A stretch of DNA of 9,011 nucleotides, taken from sequence record OY723326.1; one strand, given 5' to 3'. Below are positions 1 to 8,291 of this stretch, in pieces. The position numbers and the translations under genes are program-made. Below the pieces are notes generated by a model. That model did no database searches. It was not told where the DNA came from and was given only the letters and a program-made list of their open reading frames with translations. Every line of letters starts with the position of its first letter. The first letter of the stretch is position 1.

Positions 1-644
1 GCCATACAGGGAGTGAGGGACCAAGGGAGAGACTATGCACTAGTAGACGATAACGTGACCTTTAACATTACCCTAGCAGTGCATGTACGCTGTACTAACA
101 GACGATACCATCCGATAGGTATATCATCATGAAGGATACCCCGCCATGGTCTGTATACCATCCAGATACTATCTCTGGCTCACTCTCTAGTACATCATAC
201 GGATGGATAGATGTCTCGAGAGCAGAGAGTATCACATAGAGTAACACACTACATACTGTTCCTGTCATCATCAGTACACTAGTAGAGTACATGTGATACG
301 CATAGCACTGCACTGCACGATGGAGTATCCATACGTATAGTGTGTGCTAGCAGAGGATGCACACCATACAGTATACTAGTACTCATCATACCATGCAATG
401 ATACAATGGTGGTATGGAATACATGATACAATGGTGGTATGGAATGATGTAGTAGTATGAGTAGTACTATGAACAGATACACTACTATCTGCATGCACAG
501 AATAGGTCATCCTCAGGGATAGCACCTTAACCCTGTACCATACCATACAGTGGTACTATGGTGGTATGGCATGCATGCACTAGTAGTATGTAGTAGTATG
601 TACTCATCATACCATCAGATCATGAGATCATGGCATCAAATCAT
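1..644 (-). repeat. Diverged satellite-like monomers, apparently inverted relative to the rest of the window
   Basis: The reverse complement of 629-646 gives catgatttgatgccatga, which matches the forward junction motif catgatttgatgacatga at 17/18. The reverse complement of 521-580 aligns by eye (~33 matches in ~41 columns) to the forward monomer core catacacaccattagtaccatgtatcctatggtatacag (1349-1388), with similar spacing from the junction motif. The reverse complement of 1-60 resembles 8960-9011 and shares tagtgcatagt. Confidence 0.55.
398..445. repeat. Local tandem duplication, period 25 bp
   Basis: atgatacaatggtggtatggaat occurs at 398-420 and again at 423-445, both perfect. Confidence 0.9.
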
Positions 645-668
645 GACATCAAAACACATGATTTCATG
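634..668. repeat. Inverted repeat at the junction between the inverted left flank and copy A
   Basis: catcaaatcatg (634-645) and catgatttcatg (657-668) are complementary at 11 of 12 positions, with an 11-nt spacer. Weaker arm similarity continues outward for about 45 bp on each side. Confidence 0.7.
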
Positions 669-912
669 TACTCAATTACATGATTATGGTGGTATCCAGG
701 ACATCACCAGATCCCTTAGAGACCATGGGGATCACTACATATGCTATAAGGAGTACACATGCTCTGCATGGTACCTATATCATAGGGTAGGGGTATCCCT
801 CATGATACCTATGGAGACCACATCCTCTAGATACATGGTATGTGCACAGAGGATGGTGACATGGTATGAGGTCCCCAAAAGGGTCCAAATACATGATTTG
901 GGGTGTCTAAAA
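645..912 (+). repeat. Sub-repeat X, copy 1 (~270 bp)
   Basis: gacatcaaaacacatgatttcatgtactcaattacatgattatgg ... ggtatgaggtccccaaaagggtccaaatacatgatttgggg aligns with 1692-1960, 4963-5231 and 6009-6277. Confidence 0.9.
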
Positions 913-1110
913 TGACCACTTTTGGCACCTTTCTGGAGGTCCCAAAACGGGTGATTCAATCCCCCAAAAGGGGTCCGCAAATCAAGCCCAGAAATGGTCA
1001 TAAAAAGGGCTCGTGGGGGTACCCCCATGAGCCCTTTTAGGACCCTAAAATGGGTGTTTTGGACCCCTAAAATGGTGTATTTAGACCCTTTCGGAGGGGT
1101 ACAGGCAACG

Positions 1111-1691
1111 AGTACTACTAGATACATACCAGCAGACCATGTATCCTATGGTATATAGGACATGGGGGCTACGGGTACCATTACACCATTACGGGAGTAT
1201 ATGGAGTACTATGGGTATCTAGAGGAGTCCCTGTAACACCAGATATCATGGTATTGGCATGCATTTGATGACATGAAAACACATGATTTGATGACATGAA
1301 GTACTCATTATGAGTAGGTATACACATCTAATACCACTAGTACAACAGCATACACACCATTAGTACCATGTATCCTATGGTATACAGTACATGGGGAGTA
1401 CGGGTACCATTACACCATGCAGAGGTGTATGGAGTACTATATGGTATATAGGGAGTATCCAGTAGACACCAGATATCATGTAATGGCATGCATTTGATGA
1501 CATGAAACACATGATCTGATGATATGAAGTACTCGATATGTACTCATTATGGTACCCACTAACACTAGTACTACAGCATATCCGTACAAGGGGAATCATA
1601 AGGATCCGCCCTTGCAGGTATTCGGGTACTATATGATATATAGAGGGTATCCAGTAGACCACCAGATATCATGATATTGCATGCATTTGAT
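1111..1691 (+). repeat. Array of three satellite-like monomers (approx 1111-1300, 1301-1539, 1540-1691)
   Basis: Each monomer ends in gcatgcatttgatgacatgaaa(a)cacatgat(t/c)tgatg, starting at 1256, 1485 and 1679. The core ccatgtatcctatggtata is shared at 1137 and 1365. Monomer 1301-1539 is nearly identical to 4378-4597. Confidence 0.85.
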
Positions 1692-1960
1692 GACATGAAA
1701 ACACATGATTTGATGTACTCAGATTACATGATTATGGTGATATCCAGTACATCACCAGATCCCTTAGACACCATGGGGATCACTACATATGCTATAAGGA
1801 GTACACATGCTCTGCATGGTACCTATATCATAGGGTAGGGGATATGCCCACGATACCTATGGAGACCACATCCTCTAGATACATGGTATGTGCTCAGAGG
1901 ATGGTGCCATGGTATGAGGACCCCAAATGGGTCGAAATACATGTTTTAGGGGTCCCAAAA
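1692..1960 (+). repeat. Sub-repeat X-prime, copy 2 (1047 bp downstream of X)
   Basis: Collinear with 645-912 apart from scattered substitutions, for example ggggatatgcccacgatacc vs ggggtatccctcatgatacc. Confidence 0.9.
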
Positions 1961-2015
1961 CATGTGTTGCGAGTAGGTATCGGCACGGGATTAGCACGTC
2001 TAGGGCATTATGGAA

Positions 2016-2078
2016 CCTGAGGAGATCACCTCCACAGGGAATGTCCCTCCGTGCATCCTGGGCTACCGAGAGGCCTAC
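2016..2078 (+). repeat. 63-bp conserved core, copy 1 (within a ~110 bp internal direct repeat)
   Basis: cctgaggagatcacctccacagggaatgtccctccgtgcatcctgggctaccgagaggcctac is identical to 2567-2629. Flanks are related but diverged (about 2003-2113 vs 2554-2664). Confidence 0.95.
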
Positions 2079-2566
2079 ATGCAGTACCCCATATCCTCTA
2101 AGAGACCATTATGGAGGGTATTGGACAGGGCCCGAAACCCCCAAAATGAGTGATTTGGGGTGCTCAAAACCATCGATTTTGGTGGTTTTGGCATGCAAAA
2201 AGGGTCGAAAACACCACTTTTAGCCCCTTTTGCACATGGGAACACCACCCCATATACTAAGGGGGATCCTTCGAGGGATACAGAACCCCCGAAACCCCTT
2301 AAAGATGGTGTGTGAGTACTCATGCATGTACCCTTTTAGCACCCTTTCTGACCCCCTTTCAGACCCCCTAAATGGTGCCATTCCTCGAAGGATGGCCCTT
2401 AAGGGGTGCCGGGAAGGGTACCTAAAGAGGTCCCAAAAGTGACCATTTTAGGGGGTCCCAAAACGTGTTGCAAAGGGGTACCCCTTTGGTCACCAAAAGT
2501 GATGATTTTGGGGACACCAAATGGGTCGGAATGGGTACCTAATGACAGGATATGGCATACGGGATA

Positions 2567-2629
2567 CCTGAGGAGATCACCTCCACAGGGAATGTCCCTC
2601 CGTGCATCCTGGGCTACCGAGAGGCCTAC
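2567..2629 (+). repeat. 63-bp conserved core, copy 2
   Basis: Perfect match to 2016-2078, located 551 bp downstream. Confidence 0.95.
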
Positions 2630-2694
2630 GGGGAGTATCCCCATATCCTCTGAGAGCCATTATGACCATTACGAGCATCCCGGAGAGCATATCT

Positions 2695-2805
2695 GAGGAC
2701 CTGAAATCCATGGTTTTGGGGTCTAAAATGATGATTTTAGAGGTCTCAAAATGATGGATTTGGGGTCTCAAATCATGAGATCCGGGGGTCTGGGGATGCC
2801 ATGGG
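2695..2805 (+). repeat. Degenerate 22-bp tandem array (about 5 units)
   Basis: Units are gaggacctgaaatccatggtttt, ggggtctaaaatgatgatttta (2718-2739), gaggtctcaaaatgatggattt (2740-2761), ggggtctcaaatcatgagatcc (2762-2783) and gggggtctggggatgccatggg (2784-2805). Confidence 0.8.
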
Positions 2806-2827
2806 TATGGGATCCAGGGATGCAGGG
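2784..2827 (+). other. G-quadruplex-forming motif with six G-tracts
   Basis: ggggg tct gggg atgccat ggg tat ggg atcca ggg atgca ggg. All tracts have at least 3 G and all loops are 3-7 nt, so it fits the canonical G3+N1-7 pattern. Confidence 0.7.
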
Positions 2828-3064
2828 ATCCGGAGACCATGAGGGCATGCAGACCATATGCACTACATACCATGGGGTGTGTAGTAGGGATACAGACCAC
2901 TATGGATACCATCACCATTAGATACATACTATGAGACCATATGCTGTGGGTATCGGATTAGGGGTCTGGGGATGTGCAGATCTGGAGACCATGAGCGGAT
3001 CCGGAGACCATCAGATCATGAGATCCGGGGTCTGGAGATGCTCGCGATGTATCTGAGGACCTGT

Positions 3065-3112
3065 GCAGATAGGTATGCAGATAGGTATGCAGATAGGTAT
3101 GCAGATAGGTAT
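3065..3112. repeat. 12-bp minisatellite (GCAGATAGGTAT) x4
   Basis: Four perfect tandem units, counted directly: 3065-3076, 3077-3088, 3089-3100 and 3101-3112. Confidence 0.97.
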
Positions 3113-3494
3113 AGGCATTAGGTACTGAGGACATGCACAGAGGACATGGCACAGAGGATACGGGCATACAGACCATGCAGATAGGTACTAGGGACTCGCA
3201 GACCATAGGTATTAGGTATCTGAGGACACGGATGCCATGATCTGAGGACCCCAAGACCTCCAGAAATGGGGTATCTGAGGTATCCCGAGACCTCCCAAAA
3301 TGGGTGTTTTGGACCCTAAATCACTCGTTTTGGGACCCTTTCTGGGTGCTCCCAGACCCCTCCCCAATGCCATCCCTAAGGTGCTCCTAAGGGATTCGGG
3401 CCCGTACCCCTCAGATAGGGTATCCCAGAGGGTGTCGGATTGGGGGTCTGGAGGTGCTCGGAACCCCTAAATTGTGTGCCCTTAGTGTATAGTA

Positions 3495-3513
3495 ACACAC
3501 GCGCGCGCGCGCG
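3495..3513. other. Alternating purine-pyrimidine tract (AC)3(GC)6G, potentially Z-DNA-forming
   Basis: acacacgcgcgcgcgcgcg read directly. It is the most CpG-dense spot in the unit. Confidence 0.8.
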
Positions 3514-3939
3514 AAGGGCGGATCCGAGTCAGGCAGAAAACGAATGCATCATTTTGGACCCTTTTGGAGACATTAGGGGTCTTAATGTGCACATTTGCGA
3601 CCCCAAAAGGCCCAAAAGTGCCTAAAATGGGTCATTTTATGCCCTTTTCGGATGCACACAATGGGAATGCCATCGCCGGAGACCATATTCCTTACAGTGA
3701 CCTTAGGAATATGAGTACGCGAAATCGGGGCAATTATGCCATTTACGGGTACCCCTAAAATGAGCACTTTTGGACCCCTTTTGGCACCCTTTGGAGTCCT
3801 TAGTGTACTGGTGGCATGTGCATATCCCCTGATGCCTCTTTATCGAGGGAATGGGGATACCTACAGACCATACAGTATCTGTGTTACTAGTGGGTATCGG
3901 CACACCTCCCAAAACATGTCATTTCGTGACATGATCTAG

Positions 3940-4517
3940 TCGAGATGAGCGAATCCACTACTATTGCATATCATGGCATAATGAGCTATACAGAGTACTA
4001 CAGGTATTGGGGGTATCCCTAATGGCAGCATATGCCCCATTAGAGGTATACACCATATCCCCTAGTATCCCTTACAGCACATACCATGGATAGGTACTCA
4101 TTAGTAGTATAGAATGTGTATGTCATGACACCAAAACACATGTTTCGAGACATCTAAACACATGGTTTGCACGTATGATCATATACAGTATCTAGTGATA
4201 TACAGGATACTAGTAGTATGCACGGATGGTATGAGGGGGTACGGGATACCCCTACATCATAGCCTAACAGCATACACTACGAGTACTATGTATACCATGG
4301 ATACCATATGTATACTACTACGGGTAGGTACTCATGAGCAGTATCATCATGTAAATGCATGCATTTGATGACATGAAGTACTCATTATGAGTAGGTATAC
4401 ACATCTAATACCACTAGTACAACAGCATACACACCATTAGTACCATGTATCCTATGGTATACAGTACATGGGGAGTACGGGTACCATTACACCATGCAGA
4501 GGTGTATGGAGTACTAT
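3940..4517 (+). repeat. Monomer-like CATG/GTAC-rich segment at the 3' end of copy A (start approximate)
   Basis: gtactcat landmarks at 4094, 4328 and 4378. Composition and motifs (gtatac, catgg, tactag) match the monomer family. It includes the related motif catgacaccaaaacacatgtttcgagacatctaaacacatggtttg. Confidence 0.65.
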
Positions 4518-4962
4518 ATGGTATATAGGGAGTATCCAGTAGACACCAGATATCATGTACTTGCATGCATTTGATGACATGAAACACATGATTCGATGTA
4601 CTCATTAACAGTATGCATACACACTAAGTACTCAGTATACACCATTACTAGTACTATGTACAGTATAGGGGATACCTGCAGTATATACCCCATGTACCAG
4701 TGGACCCCATATCCCTCAAGGGAACTGGAAGAAGGTCCAACTTGCAGAGCATGTGGTGTCTACATGTACTCATTAGTAGTATGCATACACATCTAATACC
4801 TCTAGTACTACACCATGTACACCATTAGTACCATGTATACAGTAGTATACAGTACATGGGGCATACAGGTACATACCACCATTACAGAGGTGTATGGAGT
4901 ACTATATGTATCTATGAGGGTATCCAGTAACACCAGATATCATGGTATTGCATGCATTTGAT
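4518..4962 (+). repeat. Spacer between the two copies, made of satellite-like monomers (~170-240 bp)
   Basis: Monomer landmarks gtactcat occur at 4598 and 4766. The junction motif gcatgcatttgatgacatgaaa(a)cacatgatt occurs at ~4563 and ~4950. The spacer resembles the monomers at 1301-1539 and 4378-4597. Confidence 0.8.
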
Positions 4963-5231
4963 GACATGAAAACACATGATTTGATGTACTCAGATTACAT
5001 GATTATGGTGATATCCAGTACATCACCAGATCCCTTAGAGACCATGGGGATCACTACATATGCTATAAGGAGTACACATGCTCTGCATGGTACCTATATC
5101 ATAGGGTAGGGGTATCCCTCATGATACCTATGGAGACCATATCCTCTAGATACATGGTATGTGCTCAGAGGATGGTGCCATGGTATGAGGTCCCCAAAAG
5201 GGTCCAAATACATGATTTGGGGTGTCTAAAA
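4963..5231 (+). repeat. Sub-repeat X, copy 3 (inside large copy B)
   Basis: Positional equivalent of 645-912 at offset 4318-4319. Confidence 0.9.
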
Positions 5232-5427
5232 TGACCACTTTTGGCACCTTTCTGGAGGACCCAAAACGGGTGATTCAATCCCCCAAAAGGGGTCCGCAAA
5301 TCAAGCCCAGAAATGGTCATAAAAAGGGCTCGTGGGGGTACCCCCATGAGCACTTTTAGGACCCTAAATGGGTGTTTTGGACCCCTAAATGGTGTATTTA
5401 GACCCTTTCGGAGGGGTACAGGCAACG

Positions 5428-6008
5428 AGTACTACTAGATACATACCAGCAGACCATGTATCCTATGGTATATAGGACATGGGGGCTACGGGTACCATTA
5501 CACCATTACGGGAGTATATGGAGTACTATGGGTATCTAGAGGAGTCCCTGTAACACCAGATATCATGGTATTGGCATGCATTTGATGACATGAAAACACA
5601 TGATTTGATGACATGAAGTACTCATTATGAGTAGGTATACACATCTAATACCACTAGTACAACAGCATACACACCATTAGTACCATGTATCCTATGGTAT
5701 ACAGTACATGGGGAGTACGGGTACCATTACACCATGCAGAGGTGTATGGAGTACTATATGGTATATAGGGAGTATCCAGTAGACACCAGATATCATGTAA
5801 TGGCATGCATTTGATGACATGAAACACATGATCTGATGATATGAAGTACTCGATATGTACTCATTATGGTACCCACTAACACTAGTACTACAGCATATCC
5901 GTACAAGGGGAATCATAAGGATCCGCCCTTGCAGGTATTCGGGTACTATATGATATATAGAGGGTATCCAGTAGACCACCAGATATCATGATATTGCATG
6001 CATTTGAT
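5428..6008 (+). repeat. Array of three satellite-like monomers (copy B equivalent of 1111-1691)
   Basis: Offset 4317 from 1111-1691. The 95-aa ORF-track translation at 5692-5979 is identical to the one at 1375-1662. Confidence 0.85.
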
Positions 6009-6277
6009 GACATGAAAACACATGATTTGATGTACTCAGATTACATGATTATGGTGATATCCAGTACATCACCAGATCCCTTAGACACCATGGGGATCAC
6101 TACATATGCTATAAGGAGTACACATGCTCTGCATGGTACCTATATCATAGGGTAGGGGATATGCCCACGATACCTATGGAGACCACATCCTCTAGATACA
6201 TGGTATGTGCACAGAGGATGGTGCCATGGTATGAGGACCCCAAATGGGTCGAAATACATGTTTTAGGGGTCCCAAAA
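6009..6277 (+). repeat. Sub-repeat X-prime, copy 4 (inside large copy B)
   Basis: Positional equivalent of 1692-1960 at offset 4317. Confidence 0.9.
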
Positions 6278-6332
6278 CATGTGTTGCGAGTAGGTATCGG
6301 CACGGGATTAGCACATCTAGGGCATTATGGAA

Positions 6333-6395
6333 CCTGAGGAGATCACCTCCACAGGGAATGTTCCTCCGTGCATCCTGGGCTACCGAGAGGCCTAC
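6333..6395 (+). repeat. 63-bp conserved core, copy 3 (one C-to-T difference)
   Basis: Copy B equivalent of 2016-2078. It reads ggaatgttcctcc instead of ggaatgtccctcc. Confidence 0.95.
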
Positions 6396-6884
6396 ATGCA
6401 GTACCCCATATCCTCTAAGAGACCATTATGGAGGGTATTGGACAGGGCCCGAAACCCCCAAAATGAGTGATTTGGGGTGCTCAAAACCATCGATTTTGGT
6501 GGTTTTGGCATGCAAAAAGGGTCGAAAACACCACTTTTAGCCCCTTTTGCACATGGGAACACCACCCCATATACTAAGGGGGATCCTTCGAGGGATACAG
6601 AACCCCCCGAAACCCCTTAAAGATGGTGTGTGAGTACTCATGCATGTACCCTTTTAGCACCCTTTCTGACCCCCTTTCAGACCCCCTAAATGGTGCCATT
6701 CCTCGAAGGATGGCCCTTAAGGGGTGCCGGGAAGGGTACCTAAAGAGGTCCCAAAAGTGACCATTTTAGGGGGTCCCAAAACGTGTTGCAAAGGGGTACC
6801 CCTTTGGTCACCAAAAGTGATGATTTTGGGGACACCAAATGGGTCGGAATGGGTACCTAATGACAGGATATGGCATACGGGATA

Positions 6885-6947
6885 CCTGAGGAGATCACCT
6901 CCACAGGGAATGTCCCTCCGTGCATCCTGGGCTACCGAGAGGCCTAC
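6885..6947 (+). repeat. 63-bp conserved core, copy 4
   Basis: Copy B equivalent of 2567-2629, identical. Confidence 0.95.
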
Positions 6948-7012
6948 GGGGAGTATCCCCATATCCTCTGAGAGCCATTATGACCATTACGAGCATCCCG
7001 GAGAGCATATCT

Positions 7013-7123
7013 GAGGACCTGAAATCCATGGTTTTGGGGTCTAAAATGATGATTTTAGAGGTCTCAAAATGATGGATTTGGGGTCTCAAATCATGAGATC
7101 CGGGGGTCTGGGGATGCCATGGG
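7013..7123 (+). repeat. Degenerate 22-bp tandem array, copy B
   Basis: Offset 4318 from 2695-2805. Confidence 0.8.
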
Positions 7124-7145
7124 TATGGGATCCAGGGATGCAGGG
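7102..7145 (+). other. G-quadruplex-forming motif, copy B
   Basis: Offset 4318 from 2784-2827, identical sequence. Confidence 0.7.
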
Positions 7146-7383
7146 ATCCGGAGACCATGAGGGCATGCAGACCATATGCACTACATACCATGGGGTGTGT
7201 AGTAGGGATACAGACCACTATGGATACCATCACCATTAGATACATACTATGAGACCATATGCTGTGGGTATCGGATTAGGGGTCTGGGGATGTGCAGATC
7301 TGGAGACCATGAGCGGATCCGGAGACCATCAGATCATGAGATCCGGGGGTCTGGAGATGCTCGCGATGTATCTGAGGACCTGT

Positions 7384-7443
7384 GCAGATAGGTATGCAGA
7401 TAGGTATGCAGATAGGTATGCAGATAGGTATGCAGATAGGTAT
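7384..7443. repeat. 12-bp minisatellite (GCAGATAGGTAT) x5
   Basis: Five perfect tandem units, counted directly. This is one more unit than the copy A locus. Confidence 0.97.
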
Positions 7444-7461
7444 AGGCATTAGGTACTGAGG

Positions 7462-7482
7462 ACTCGCAGAGAGGTACTGAGG
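7462..7482. repeat. 21-bp insertion or local duplication present only in copy B
   Basis: Copy A reads aggtactgagg|acatgcac (3120-3138). Copy B reads aggtactgagg actcgcagag aggtactgagg acatgcac. The insert repeats aggtactgagg and carries actcgcaga, which also occurs about 60 bp downstream. Confidence 0.9.
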
Positions 7483-7846
7483 ACATGCACAGAGGACATG
7501 GCACAGAGGATACGGGCATACAGACCATGCAGATAGGTACTAGGGACTCGCAGACCATAGGTATTAGGTATCTGAGGACACGGATGCCATGATCTGAGGA
7601 CCCCAAGACCTCCAGAAATGGGGTATCTGAGGTATCCCGAGACCTCCCAAAATGGGTGTTTTGGACCCTAAATCACTCGTTTTGGGACCCTTTCTGGGTG
7701 CTCCCAGACCCCTCCCCAATGCCATCCCTAAGGTGCTCCTAAGGGATTCGGGCCCGTACCCCTCAGATAGGGTATCCCAGAGGGTGTCGGATTGGGGGTC
7801 TGGAGGTGCTCGGAACCCCTAAATTGTGTGCCCTTAGTGTATAGTA

Positions 7847-7865
7847 ACACACGCGCGCGCGCGCG
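7847..7865. other. Alternating purine-pyrimidine tract (AC)3(GC)6G, copy B
   Basis: Same 19-nt tract and same length as 3495-3513. Confidence 0.8.
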
Positions 7866-8291
7866 AAGGGCGGATCCGAGTCAGACAGAAAACGAATGCA
7901 TCATTTTGGACCCTTTTGGAGACATTAGGGGTCTTAATGTGCACATTTGCGACCCCAAAAGGCCCAAAAGTGCCTAAAATGGGTCATTTTATGCCCTTTT
8001 CGGATGCACACAATGGGAATGCCATCGCCGGAGACCATATTCCTTACAGTGACCTTAGGAATATGAGTACGCGAAATCGGGGCAATTATGCCATTTACGG
8101 GTACCCCTAAAATGAGCACTTTTGGACCCCTTTTGGCACCCCTTAGAGTCCTTAGTGTACTGGTGGCATGTGCATATCCCCTGATGCCTCTTTATCGAGG
8201 GAATGGGGATACCTACAGACCATACAGTATCTGTGTTACTAGTGGGTATCGGCACACCTCCCAAAACATGTCATTTCGTGACATGATCTAG

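Larger units (their letters stand above)
645..4517. repeat. Large direct repeat, copy A (~3.87 kb, no credible ORF)
   Basis: Aligns collinearly with 4963-8868. Offsets read from the sequence: 4319 (catagggtaggggtatccctc at 781 vs 5100), 4317 (1375 vs 5692), 4318 (2399 vs 6717), 4352 (3440 vs 7792), 4351 (4517 vs 8868). ORF-track translations recur identical or with 1 aa changed in the second copy. Confidence 0.95.

Noticed and set aside
645-1960. X ... X-prime (two ~270 bp direct repeats 1047 bp apart), or the whole 3.9 kb block, as an LTR-type or other transposable element
   Set aside because: There is no gag, pol or transposase-like ORF. I could see no terminal inverted repeats or target-site duplication. 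The interior is made of the same satellite monomers and short-motif arrays as the surroundings. Unequal-crossover repeat architecture explains it more simply. Only a Dfam or Repbase search could fully exclude a non-autonomous element.
2958-3254. Repeat peptides YLHTYLHT... (- strand) and ADRYADRY... (+ strand, 7249-7452) suggesting a repeat protein
   Set aside because: They are the in-frame translation of the 12-bp minisatellite GCAGATAGGTAT. The unit count differs between the copies, and the flanking ORF is short with no other protein-like features.
1043-3759. Telomere-like heptamers CCCTAAA (1043, 1065, 2366, 3314, 3465, 3753) and CCCCAAAA/TTTTGGGG strings
   Set aside because: They are always isolated single copies embedded in the ~22-bp motif family (ggacccctaaaatgg...), never tandem. 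They are enriched and all on one strand, but this is not a telomere or an interstitial telomeric array.
1256-6040. Recurrent ~35-bp motif gcatgcatttgatgacatgaaaacacatgatttgatg as a possible CRISPR repeat
   Set aside because: The spacing is about 190-390 bp rather than about 30-40 bp. The intervening segments are themselves homologous monomers, not unique spacers. The motif copies are degenerate, and there are no cas genes or any ORFs nearby.
95-8291. All ORFs in the supplied six-frame track (61-121 aa) as candidate CDS
   Set aside because: None exceeds 121 aa, about what chance allows in 9 kb over six frames. Many overlap each other on opposite strands, for example 2399-2644(-), 2406-2696(+) and 2577-2927(-). 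All lie in repeats. Their compositions (H, Y, M, C, V in monomers; G, P, K, F in the CCAAAA regions) reflect the nucleotide motifs. I recognise no protein family or start context. Spot checks, such as downstream of the TGA at 2694, hit another kind of stop within about 10 codons, so a single-stop reassignment does not obviously rescue them. I could not test alternative codes exhaustively.
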